From assembly GCA_002633005.1 (NCBI GenBank), contig NMRA01000371.1, positions 303,572-367,382 of the forward strand: a stretch of DNA of 63,811 nt, given 5' to 3'. Below, piece by piece: positions 15,301 to 26,874 of this stretch. The position numbers were made by a program, and so were the translations under genes. Numbering within the stretch: position 1 is the stretch's first letter; each line of letters begins with the position of its first letter. The notes under the pieces were generated by a model that was not told the DNA's origin, searched no databases, and saw only the letters and a program-made list of their open reading frames with translations. The DNA is from Phoronis australis. Lineage: Eukaryota > Animalia > Phoronida.

Positions 15301-18300
15301 GTCCAATGTATCAGTATCTACATGTTTGTTTTGTATGAGGAATTATAACATTCTTCTAGCAAGGAGAGCAAAAAGCACCTTGCCTTCATCACTCATCAGA
15401 GAAATCATCATCAACTGCTTAATCACATCAGAATATTTCTCCTTAAGAACAAAACACGCTTTGCAGTCTGCCAACCACCTGGTATATTTCCCTTCATCCA
15501 AATTATTCTCAATATCAGCCATGATAGTTTTGTTAGTAGTAAAAGTAATTTCTTGTCAGCCTTATACAGTGTGCCGCCTGGAGCTGGGGCCACACCTGAC
15601 CACTCTTCCGTTACCAGTTACACCAGTTTGTTTCACGTACTTCACTCTTTGGTATTTCCACAGTCTTGACTCTTGGACAAAATCCTGCTAATAGACATCT
15701 CCTGATTAACGTTGCCATGGGTTGCGTTGAGTTGTTGTCCAAAAACATCATTGATTGGCTACAACTCACCTCATCTCTCTTCACCCAATGAGGTTTATGA
15801 TGAGTCTGAAGGGTCCTTAACAAACTGAGCCCTGTGCGTTGTTCTTTCCTTTTTGGCTAGTCAAATTCTCAGACACCTGAACTCCAGTCCCAAGTCATCT
15901 CTAAGGCACTGTAGATCATATTTCTATTGCTCCTGGACTCTACAGAATGCCTTTCCACATTGTCTTAGTTTGATTCTAATTTCTTTTGCTCTTCGTTTCC
16001 ATCTGCTGCCATTCAGGACTTGCTCGCTGAGAGTTCTTGTTCTCTCCTCTGTGTCAAACCACTCTGTGGCGGTGTTGTGTAGAACAGTTTGTAGTAAAAC
16101 CTTCAATCTTCTCTGAGCTGCATGCCCATCAAGGCAATTGTCTACATCATATTCTGAATGTCCTCTTTGAAAGCCTTCCAAGCCTTTTTGTCCTGCACTG
16201 ACCCCTCCATTCGCTTTGAGTTTAATGTTGTTTAATTTGCGTTGCCATATCCTTTTCCAGAATCCATAGGGTTGTTATCTGTAGTCTCATTTTGGTTATT
16301 AGTTTTAAGGTCTTTTGGTTCCTAGAAAAACATTAAGTTAAGTTGATTGAATTCCCGCTGGATACTACTTAGATCTGCATGGATACAAATGGATGTGATG
16401 CTTGTGGACATTCTCTGCCAGCTTGTTTACCTGTACTTTGGGCTATGTTTGACAGCTGATGTATCTTTGTACACGTCAGTTAAACCTTTATTTGCCGTTG
16501 TTTGAGTATCTCTATAAGTTGTTACATATTGGGTTCCAAGTATCATGAGCACTCAAAGAGTACAGGAGTTTGTTTCACCAATTTCAAATATCTGTCGGAT
16601 TTGTCGGATTCACACCCCGGTTATAGTGGTGCAAACCTATTGTGTGTGTGCATGTGCATGTGTGTGTCCGTGCGCGTGTGGGTTTGTGCATAGAACATGA
16701 AAGTAGCTGTTAAACAATTTCTGATGTAGGTTGTCGTTATGTCGTTATGTTTCTTCACTGCTAGGTGTATACTGTATCATGCTGTGCTGTGAACATACCC
16801 TTTAAATAAGAACCTGTCATCACAACCTGGTTTGATCCATATTCTTTAAGACCCAGCTTCTATTGTGAGTTATGGTTTATGTATAATTAGCTGACAGGCC
16901 TTCTATTTAGATATGGTCTGATAACAAACAGTATAATGATCTTACCTTCACTACTTACCTAGTGAACAGAGTCAATGTATTGATGACTGGCCCATCCTAG
17001 AATGTGGATAGAACTGGTTGGGCTGCATTTCTCCAAGTCAATCCTCATCTTGTTTAATGGTTAATATGTTCTCAGCATCTTGAGTCTTACGTGTCGCTTT
17101 TGTAATCCTGATGGGTAATAACTTCCTGGCATACGTCTGCCTAGAAGTTGTTACGTACCAGGATGCCAGGATTACAAAAGATACTGAAAGTACGTGTATG
17201 CAGAAATCATGAAGGTACCTGTTAAAACATTTTTGAGGAAGGATTTCATGCTGTTTGTATGTCCCTTCTCAGCTCCATTGCCTCTTGCTCTATATGCTCT
17301 ATGTCCCTTCACTGCTCCATTATCTCCTACTGTATATTTTATTTCAGCGTACTATTGTGCTAACTGGGAAGTGATTCCAAAGAAGTGCATGACAAATACA
17401 CCATCCAACACCTATCTTCGTGCTCCAGGTGAGTGTATGTTTAGTTTTACCAGTCACGCAAACCTGTCTGCCTTAGGAGCTCTACAGTTTAGATTGACTA
17501 GTTTTCAAAAGATAAATCTCAACTCTATTTTCGTGATTTGATCAAGAAGTGGTTCTTTTATCTGTTATTCAATAATTAATAGGAACGATCTACTCCTGAG
17601 AGGTAAAAAGTTTTTTCTGCTAAAACACTTCTCTGTTTTTATGAGGTGGATCCTGCAATTCTAAAATCTATGTGCTATGTGATCTTTTCCACTACTCGTC
17701 CATTAAGTGATTGTCCAAACCATTATTTTTCAATTTTAGCAGGCTTTGTAAAGAATTTTAAACCCTGATCCAAATTTTTGAAGCTTTCTGTTTCACAGAT
17801 TTAGCTGATAAAGTCACCTGTTTTAACAAACTAATTCATGTATCATACAAAGAAACTACAAATTACTTAAACTAATACCAAAGCCTGTTTTAGATTAAAA
17901 CTGGGCTTGGTGTCCTGTTACCCATTTCAATATTAACATTTTGTATGATACATAATTTTATTTGTTATTTTTGTGCAATTACAGGTTCATCTCAAGCTAC
18001 ATTTTTCGTGGAAAGCATTATAGAACATGTAGCCAAGAGTTTGAACAAAGATCCATCAGAGATAAAGAAACTGAATTTGTACAAACAAGGCCAGGTAATG
18101 ACCACTTCATATTTTCGGAATAAACGACTCTTATTTCCTCCCATAATTACTTTTACTGTTTTCTCGAACTAAGCATACTTTCAACATTATATGTACTTAG
18201 GGAATAAAATAGTTACCTGTCGGTGACCTGTTTGTATTTGTGGACTTAGCTTTCGTAACCGTGCTGTGCCTTTTGTCAGGGTACTGGCGGGAATCTTCGT

Positions 18301-21300
18301 GTCATGTGACCACCTGTGGGTAGTCCTTGGCAGCTATCAGACACCACCTGGTGGCTGTTACTTTCAAGGAGGCCATGGTAAATTGCTGGTAATGCACTGT
18401 CTTTGTTTGGTTTATGGCTCATGATTTTGACTGCGTTTCTGTTTTTTGTATGATATTCCAATATTTATTTTAGCTGGATAGTATTTCGACTGTAGGTTGA
18501 CAAATGCATTGCGATGTGTCTATACAGTATCCTTCTACAGCTGTAGGGTTGTCAGATGATATGTTAAAATGTTCTTTTAGTCTGGTTCCTAAATTCTGAA
18601 CAGACCCACCTTCATTGTTTTGCTGGACAATCAGGGCACTCAATCATGTGTATCACCCTGCATTTCTTGTTGTCTGACTTGTTTCTCAGGTGAACCAGGG
18701 CATTCTGTAGGGTGTTAAAGGGTCTGTGTTATGTGCCCACCTAGTGTTCTCTGAAAATATTAGACAGGACGGATCGGAAAGCTAAGTCCGCAAACATAAA
18801 CATGTCGCTGATAGGTTACTACTTTATTCCGTATATTATGTAACAGCGCCACCTATGAACATTCGTTCTACCATGAAATAATTATGTTGTTGCTGCTTGA
18901 ACACGAGATTAACTTGACTTGTTTGTGTACTTGCTCAGTGAGATTTCTAATCTCAATGATATGAATACTAAAGTTTGCATGTGTGTATGAATATTTGAGC
19001 ATGTGATGAGACCACCTGATCATGGTGTGGGATCTTCGCCGGTGCGTGCTCACTGCCGAAATAAAAATAATTGATTTGTGGCCAATTTCTAGCATGTCTT
19101 TCATCAAAATTCATCCGTACATTTTGCGTAAGTGAAAGTGGTTGCACGCAACTACTTGGTAAAGACTCTGAATAAGCTTTGACATGGACATGGAAATTTC
19201 ACCCTCTGTATTTGTTGAAATTAGTTTATGAGTTGACTTTATAACGTGTGACCTTATCAGATACTGTAATTGATGGAACCATGTTTCAGGTTACTCCAAC
19301 TGGGATGACCCTGAAGTATTGGAATGTTGACGGTCTAATTGGACAACTAGAGACATCTAGTGACTTTACCAAGAGACAGCTGGAGATTGAGACATTTAAC
19401 AATGTGAGTGGAGGAATTAGTCACATTTCTAAGTCTTACCTTCACTGCAGAAAAAGCAATTCATGTTCACTACTATATTTGGAGTTTGTTCTGAAGAAAT
19501 AATGAAGATTAATACTTATTGAATACTATAATACGGTGTGCAATATGGTGCTTTAAAAAATCATTTCAATGGAAATTGTTAAAAGTGCATTGAAAGCAAA
19601 TTTTTTGTTGTCTCAGAACTGCTTCCTCTTAATGTAACAATGTTCAGCAATGTGATGTCCATGTAAAATGTCGGTGAAGCTATACAGTACAGTGGTGATG
19701 TTTCAGTCAAACAGATGGAAAAAGAAGGCTCTTTCAATTGTACCTCTTAAGTATGGTGCTGTTTGGCAATCTATAAGATATGCTGTTTTTGTCACCATCT
19801 TTAACGGCGATGGAACCATTGGTGTAGCTCATGGTGGTGTCGAGACTGGACAAGGTTGTGATGTCAAGGTAACTAGGATATCTGTTTGTAGACTTAATCT
19901 ATCTTCAGGATTTCATTTCTTGTTTTGTCAGTGAATTTGTTGTTGACCTTTTGACATTGTATGCAAATTTGCTTTTGATATTGCGGTTAATCAAGCGAAA
20001 TTCTGTTTTTGAATATTCTACAGCTTCCAAATTCCAGGCTGGGCTATTTAGAATCCATGAAGGTTAAGAAATTATCTTCTCAGTCAGTGGCCCATTCCCA
20101 GAAAAGTGATTTAGCGAAGACAAATCTTAAATTTCAATCAATTTTAAGATAAAATTTTAATTTGTCTCTAGTTTCTTTCAAGAAAGAGATCTTAAATTTG
20201 ACTTAAGTTTTGTCTTAATTTTGACTATCTTACTGGACGTGGGATTTTCAAAGTTTGACAGTGGAGACAAATTGTAGACTTCAGTCAAAAATGAGGTTAG
20301 GTCAGTTTTTTGCAAGGGGCCCCTGAACCACAAACCCTTTGTTAAGGTGTGTTTGCATACACAGTCTAACTGAAACAGTCCTATGGCTAAGAGCAGGATT
20401 TGCAAAGAACTACTTTCACTGAGCTTGCACATCAATTTCAAAAGGTCTGTTGTCTGTGAACAACTCCCGTCATTTTTAAAATTCTTAGCCTTGATACGGT
20501 CTAGGTACCTCCTCCAAGTCCAAAATGCATCAGAAATTAGCAGATCAAAACGATGTAGGAGTATTGCATTTTTGCTGAATCTGCACTATGTAAAACCAAC
20601 GCAGACTCCTGACTGATTAAATTTGACAACGTTACTGGAAAAGTAGAAATCGCTTGGTCACATTCCACCGAAAGCTCTTGAAAAACTTTGGGTTCCGTGT
20701 TGTACTGAAAAGAAATAAATAAATGTGAATTATTGTGCAAGCGAATGTTGCTCATAATGTTACCAAAAATGCTACAAAACTATACTGCAGACTCCACTGA
20801 GGTGATTGGTTGAAAAACGTCAAAATACGTATTGTGAATTATGAGCTTGACTGTGAAAGGAAGCCATGATAACAAAGAAAGAATAACTGACCAATGAGGT
20901 ATATGACAAAAGTAATGAGACAAATTTCTGTGCCCCCTTCATGATGGGTAATGACCAGTCGTGACCTGTCATGACCAGTCGTGACCTGTCATGACCGGTC
21001 GTGACCTGTCAGGACCAGTTGTGACCTGTCATGACTGGTCATTCCAACTACTCTGATGTAGAGTTACATTAACTGTTTGCACTCTGCCATCATGGCAAGG
21101 AAATTCTGATGGTACTGCTTGTAGAATTTGTATACATTCAGAAAATGTTTTAATTTTCAACTATTCTTAAAATGTGGAGTGCTGTTATGCCAGTCATATC
21201 ATGTTTCAGGTGCTGCAGACAGTGGCCTTTGAACTAGGCGTACCTCTGGACATGGTCACAATACAGCCAAACAATTCTCTGACCAACTCCAATTCTTTCT

Positions 21301-24300
21301 GGACAGGGGCCAGTGTAACCAGTGAACTCGTCTGCTATGTAAGCTAATAGGCCACTAATCTACTCTTCAGTTCAATGTGAAATTTGGAAATTTCTAATGG
21401 GAACATGTAGTGCTGCAGTTTGAGATAATAAAAATCAAATACTTGCATTTTGGGATAGTCAGGTAGACATTTTGATATTAACTACAATTATAAGTTTAGT
21501 TTTTAAAAATAGGGGGAAGAAATTAAAACTTAGCATGATGATAAGAAAATAGTCTGGACGTTGAAATTGCTATGAAGCAAAAGCACGGTCTGGTCAGTCT
21601 TTCACTGACAAATGCCAATGAATGTTTTGCTTGTCCCTGCAACAGACTTTGCTCATCGTAGCACAACATGTATTACCTTTCATGGCTCAGTAGTCCATGT
21701 GTTGTAGAACCACTAGTATTTGTTCTCTATTTAATTCTCAATCTGTTCAGTGTTGTAATGTCACCTTACATAAATTTATTTTGACTTGATGACATACCCT
21801 ATGAATTCTTGTATTGTAGCAACTGTATGATGTTTAGGCATCGCGCTCTCTTCACATTGTATAATGTAGCGATTGGTTAGCACCATCTTACCTAAACTAT
21901 ACTTGGCCCCAACGCTACTTCTGTTGTTTCTTTGTTATTGCACTGCACATGGACACATGCAGTCTTCATTCATCCATTCATTCATTCTTTCATTCATGGT
22001 GTTTTTAAATGGCCAGTCATGTGGTATTCATGGTGTCAATGTTCCTCTGTCAGGGTGCTATCCAGTCATGTGGTATTCATGGTGTCAATGTTCCTCTGTC
22101 AGGGTGCTATCCAGTCATGTGGTATTCATGGTGTCAATGTTCCTCTGTCAGGGTGCTATCCAGTGCTGCAGTAAACTGAAGGAGAGAATGAAACCAGTGA
22201 GAGACAGTCTTCCTGCTACAGCTACATGGACAGATGTAGTCCATAAGTGTTACAATGATGGCGTAGATTTGGCATACAGATTCCTGTAAGTGAACATCTC
22301 ATGTTTTTAAAAGATCTCTCTTTTATGAAGAGATTAGGACAATTTTGCTCATAGGTAGAATGGCTTAAGTTGATTTCAAAATTCTTTCTAGTACTCTCAG
22401 AAATTGTTACATTAATAGTACATGAATATATAAATATTTTATGTCACATGACCATAGCAATGATAACCTCATGGTCTGTGTGCTGGTGGGGAGATCTAAA
22501 CAAATCTTGATTTTTTCAACACCCAGGAGAACGGTGGTCTTAATAAACCACATTCCAAATGAGCCACTCCTTCTAACTTTTCCCATTCCCAGTTTCTTCA
22601 CTTTCTCACGTCCTTACCCTTTGTAGTTCAGAACATGTTGGTGACAAGCCTTTCGTGCCATTTGTCTTCGTATTTGATGAAGACAACTCCTACTAGACTC
22701 GAGAGCTAGTGTTTTTAATAAATAATTTTCACTTAATTTCAAAGTGTTTCACCACGTTTTACATAGACCACACGTGCAAGCTGGAGGTGGACAGTAGGCC
22801 TTAGGCGCGATCGAGGCACCACAAGAGGTGCAATTACATTTTGATGAAATGCATTATAAATCAATCGCCCACTCAAACCAGAAACTCCACATCAAAAAGT
22901 AATACTTAAAATGTTAACTTTTATGGCATACTGATGTGACTTTCATTCCCTTTCAGAGTAAATGAAGGCCTAGAGTCTGGTTTTGTCTACAACTGCTATG
23001 GAGTGTGTGTAACTGAAGTGGAGCTAGACGTGCTAACTGGAGAGAACCAGACCAACAGAGTTGACCTATTGATGGACGTGGGCACTAGGTGGGTGTGGAT
23101 GATTATGGGGATTTTATTACAGTTTTTTTCTGGCGAGAGAACTGGTTTGTGTTCACATCTAATTCACATAATTATATAAAGTAACACCTTTGAAGTATGA
23201 TAAGTAAAACAAAAAATGAAAACAAGTTGCTGTATTAAAAGTGCTGTAAATCCTTGATTTAGATGACGTGCCTTTATGAAATTGGTTCCAACTTGTTCTT
23301 TACTTGGATTAGAAAAAATTTCAGGGCTTTATTTGACAAGATCTGACACTGTGTGGCTGCTTGAGGCCTTGCTGGATAACTGTATAAACTGATTGAGACT
23401 GGTCTCTGGCAAGTGACTTAATGAGCTGTCAATATTCTCCCAAATCCATAAATGACGCTCATTCTCCGAATAATTTGCGACAATTTTTTTGGCAGAAAGT
23501 GGTCTAAATCAAAGTTGTTTTTTCATTGAAGGTGGGTTTACAGCTAAGGATTTGTAGAACAGACATTTGATGAAAATGAATTGTAAAACCTATAAAATGT
23601 TGTGGACTGGCAGTGAGTGGTAGATCTGTGTATGAATGGCATATACAGTGAAAAGTCTTCAGTTTGAGACACTAGATGGTGTACAGGTGAAATTTAATTT
23701 TGTCAACAAAAATAACTTTTCAGGAAAATTTACTTTGATTTTAGCATGATTTTATGGCCTAGATATTAGCAAACAACATTTGATGGAAATTTTGAGTATT
23801 AGCAACAATGTGGCAAGCCTGTGAAAAATAGAAACATGGCAATTTCAGCACCTATTTTGTCTCAAATTGAATAATTTTTACTAGTTTTCTGTTAGTGACA
23901 TTGAACAAAAAATCATCTTTTACAGAAGTTGTTTTCAGAGCACCTTTGACCTTGTATTTTATTTCTCAGCATCAACCCAGAAATAGACGTTGGTCAGATA
24001 GAGGGTGGATTCACGATGGGTATGGGGGGTATGTTGACCGAGGAGAAGCTGTATGACCAGAAGACAGGGCAGTGCTTGACTGCAGGAACTTGGGTAAGTA
24101 CATTCACTACATGACAAAGGTAATCAGACAATATATCATTTCTCAGTTAATGTGACGCATAATTCTGTTAACTGCAAAAATCAATGGTAAGGACAATGTA
24201 CTGTGACAGCAAAATTCTAATTAAAAATAGTTTTGCCATGTGACTAACTGCCCTTCATTCTCAGTCACCGGGGGAGACTACTCTGACTATGAATTTGGCT

Positions 24301-26471
24301 TCTGCCCAGCTGTTGTGAAGGTGTGAAGGGGAATTCTGGGTCATTTTGTCTGAATTTGTAGCATATACTTTATTTCTGTTGTGACCGTGTTATTCTGACA
24401 GTACGCAGTAGACTGTAGTTGTTTCAAGCCAGGTCAGAGGGTCTAATTAACAACCAATCAGTATTTGAGGGAGGTTTTCATTTGCTGTCTTAATGTGTCT
24501 CAAACTTTCAAGCAATATGTCTCTTAATTGGCCTTTCATTTGTTGACTGAAAATATTTGCGCAATTTATTTAAAATGGCGACCTCTATTGGTAGTTTGAT
24601 CTCGCCTCAGGAATACAAGCCCCCTGCCTCTAAGGATATTCCAGTGGATTTCCGTGTGTCACTTCTCAAGAATGCGCCCAATCCATTAGGGGTTCTTGGT
24701 AGTAAAGGTAAAAATCTGTATGTTGTACAAAAATGCGAGTACATGAACCTAATATATAATAGACTATTCTTAAATATTTGTTAGACGTTCTTGTGGTTGT
24801 GTCGTCAGTAACTCTGTAATGTGTAATTTTGTCGCATTTATCAACAAAGGTAGAAAGATGTAGAATACCCACAAGAAAGAAGTCAGAAATACCCACTAAC
24901 CCTATCCAAGTTTGCAACTGTAATTTGTAAACCAACACCTCATACAAGGTGTACTTTCTTTCAGCTATTGCAGAACCCCTAACCCACGTAAGTTGTAATT
25001 TCTTTCAGCTATTGGTGAGCCCCCAACATGTATAAGTTTTGCAGTTTTATTGGCTGCTAAGCATGCAGTGGAGGCAGCCAGAAAAGACATGGGTCATGAC
25101 GTCTACTTCCCAATGAGTGAGTACAGCTGTACTAATGCATACAGATTTCTTACGGAATAATAAGTAGCAAATTAATAAATATTCATTGACTAGTACATTT
25201 TAGAAAAGAATCTTTCTGTGGCTTCATGTCTGGATCTGTAAATATTTGTATTTTTTAAAATATGCCTGAGGGTGCAGCTTTTAGTAGAAAATGAGTGATT
25301 TTTATGCTCCCACTTATGTATTTATTGTGTAATGTCGAATTATGTCACCTCCATCAGCTTGTGTGGCATCAAAATCCCGTTCACAGATATCCCTGAATTT
25401 TCCCAGAGATGTTCTGATTATGAACGGGACGGCACAAGCGAATGTTCCTATGGATTCGATTACTGCTGTGCCCCCTTGTGGCATATGTTTACATTAGCCT
25501 CTATATATTTCATTACAGATTTGGCAAATAGATTTTGAACAGAAATTGCTTTAAAATTGTGCATATCGTCTTAAAAAAAACAGGTATTTGTTTGCTGTCA
25601 AAAAAATAATTCTGATACAAAGAACTCTTGTGGTATGTTTTGGTGAAAAGCTTTCATGGTCACATTTTGATCAGACGTATTTTGGGAAGTCATTTAAAGC
25701 ATAAAAGTTAGAATTGTGGCTAAAAAACTTATTAACAAAATTACACCCTTGTGCCACTTGTCATTGAAACAAGTTGCGTTTTAATATTTTGTTACGCGTC
25801 GCATTTATTTTTATGCAACACGGAAAGAAAATGCACTTCATGTTTCCCTGTCATGTGACCAAAAAGTAAATGAATCATTTATGTCTATTTAACAGTTGTT
25901 CAAATTTCCCATTGTCATGTTTTCTCCTGAACCAAAAAGATCTTTTAGTTATGAAATTTCTTCCTGGACCATGGTGTTGTGCCTGATTTCATTACACATC
26001 TGGGATATCAAGTTTCTCCACAAAGCGATTTATTAGCAGTCTGTGTCTGTGAAAGCGTAAATTTAAAATTTAACAGTGGACAGCCACAACCAAATTGGAC
26101 ATCAGGGCCCATTCACATAAAGTGCTACGTTGTTATTCTTGAACAATAAACCTGACATAATGTAACAAACTTTATCCAGCGGATAATTTTGAAGTTTTAT
26201 GCAATCCAGCCCAGAGCCACATATTAACTGGCTCCTGCTGGGGGATCAGGCTCAAAATTTGAAGTGCTGATACCACCCAAGCCTGATCGTGCCTGAATGT
26301 AGTGAACAAAATTCGGGTCACTCGTCTCTGGAGAAAACTTGGCACTGCTCTAACGTGAAAACAATGCAGAACTTTTTCACACTTAATTCCTGTCTTACAG
26401 ATGCCCCTGCTACAATTGAACGTTTACACATGGCTTGCATGGTTGATTCAACAAAGTTTCTGATCAAGTAA
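302..26471 (+). CDS. Xanthine dehydrogenase/aldehyde oxidase family molybdo-flavoenzyme, aldehyde-oxidase-like, paralogue 1 (5'-partial; 29 exons in window)
   Basis: Exons: 302-471, 1033-1193, 1432-1508, 1851-1933, 2554-2850, 3151-3300, 4515-4617, 5413-5561, 6519-6626, 7431-7598, 7899-8057, 8382-8504, 9200-9347, 10285-10437, 11571-11650, 13379-13593, 14036-14114, 14757-14871, 17348-17428, 17985-18094, 19290-19403, 19707-19868, 21210-21338, 22152-22285, 22957-23088, 23970-24093, 24611-24707, 25009-25116, 26401-26471. All introns are GT..AG with consistent phases. 3800 nt plus 1 upstream nt = 1266 codons plus TAA. Motifs: 2Fe-2[32 protein letters not shown]; [28 protein letters not shown]; Moco [51 protein letters not shown]. 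Confidence 0.95.
1894..2040 (+). repeat. 74-bp tandem duplication spanning the splice donor at 1933
   Basis: 1894-1967 versus 1968-2040; second gtatga at 2008. Confidence 0.92.
6180..6360. mobile_element. End of a CpG-rich insertion with a 13-bp perfect hairpin, running into the assembly gap
   Basis: Inverted repeat agaccgccccgag (6199-6211) / ctcggggcggtct (6228-6240). The flanks on both sides align with contiguous paralogue-2 intron sequence at about 49240-49345, which lacks this segment. Confidence 0.55.
6361..6405. other. Assembly gap (45 N)
   Basis: Run of n. No exon is missing relative to paralogue 2. Confidence 0.99.
10757..10869 (+). repeat. 54-bp x2 intronic tandem duplication
   Basis: tgtgtac.acgtgtttgtca.act..gctcacaagtttgtcatggtgcagac occurs twice. 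Confidence 0.85.
11968..12700 (+). mobile_element. Helentron-associated (HINE/DINE-like) non-autonomous element; right boundary uncertain
   Basis: Begins with a perfect 10-bp inverted repeat tactctgcgc/gcgcagagta (11971-11996), followed by a (ttc/tta)n microsatellite (12011-12060) and internal repeats tgcaccggaagaggtc (about 12176 and 12607) and ggtcattaggtgca (about 12347 and 12461). Confidence 0.55.
14185..14620 (+). repeat. Dispersed repeat family C (second copy at about 53595-54235)
   Basis: Shared blocks gccatgat..aatactcct, catttcta.ctgaaat.aacttaat.ttct, cttgtgtc.agattgtagtg and atgtcagc..ccaact..gtgaac in non-equivalent introns. Confidence 0.75.
15265..16260 (-). mobile_element. Decayed non-LTR retrotransposon fragment (Hero/NeSL-like, R2 superfamily), N-terminal part of the RT region
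   Basis: Minus-strand translation with frameshifts and stops: [102 protein letters not shown]. This follows the APGPxG..W..G.IP..W..A..FIPKE..QFR.ISLL.VEGK..N.YIDT pattern of this clade. Confidence 0.8.
18198..18597 (+). repeat. Dispersed repeat family B (second copy at about 52548-52942)
   Basis: Colinear similarity over about 400 bp in non-equivalent introns of the two genes, including the identical block caccacctggtggctgttactt. Confidence 0.82.
20951..21042 (+). repeat. 10-bp (20-bp dimer) minisatellite, 9 units
   Basis: (atgaccagtc gtgacctgtc)n. Confidence 0.92.
22013..22164 (+). repeat. Perfect 49-bp x3 repeat spanning the splice acceptor at 22151
   Basis: ccagtcatgtggtattcatggtgtcaatgttcctctgtcagggtgctat at 22013, 22062 and 22111. 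Confidence 0.95.
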
Positions 26472-26496
26472 TGGACTGTAAGTTGTGCATGCCAGA

Positions 26497-26815
26497 CTAA
26501 GACACAGAGAGCTCAGAAGTCTCCCTGCAATATAATGAGGTCTACATCACACCAAGTATATTAGTGGACTGCATTTTGTACAGGTGACGCTAAGTCACAG
26601 AGATCTCTAAATCTCCCTGCAATATAATCAGGTCCACGTCACACCAAGTATATTAGTAGACTGCAGCTTGTACAGGTGACGCTAAGTCACAGAGATCTCT
26701 ACATCTCCCTGCAATATAATCTGGTCCACATCACACCAAGTATATTTGATGAACTGCAGGTTGTACAGGCGACACAAAGTCACACAGTGCTCTGAAGTCT
26801 TCCTGCAATGTAGTG
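26497..26815 (+). repeat. 92-93-bp tandem repeat (about 3.4 copies) in the putative 3' UTR of paralogue 1
   Basis: Units start at 26497, 26590, 26682 and 26775: ctaagtcacagagatctct..tctccctgcaatataat..ggtccac.tcacaccaagtatatt..actgca..ttgtacaggtgacg. Confidence 0.9.
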
Positions 26816-26868
26816 GATTCTATGTTACTCTTAGTAAAAGTATTCAATTGTCGCATTTATGGCATTTG

Positions 26869-26874
26869 AATAAA
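26869..26874 (+). terminator. Polyadenylation signal AATAAA of paralogue 1
   Basis: First AATAAA I found after the stop at 26471, about 400 nt downstream, followed by T/GT-rich sequence. Confidence 0.55.

Noticed and set aside
15203-15691. 162-aa plus-strand ORF as a nested gene
   Set aside because: It is the antisense shadow of the decayed retrotransposon on the minus strand.
24965-24987. 23-nt micro-exon (ag|..|gtaagt) before the catalytic exon
   Set aside because: The following intron would be only 21 nt and inclusion would shift the frame.
26472-26870. SECIS element or stop-codon recoding
   Set aside because: No in-frame TGA in either coding sequence; gene 1 ends in TAA at the family's normal C-terminus.
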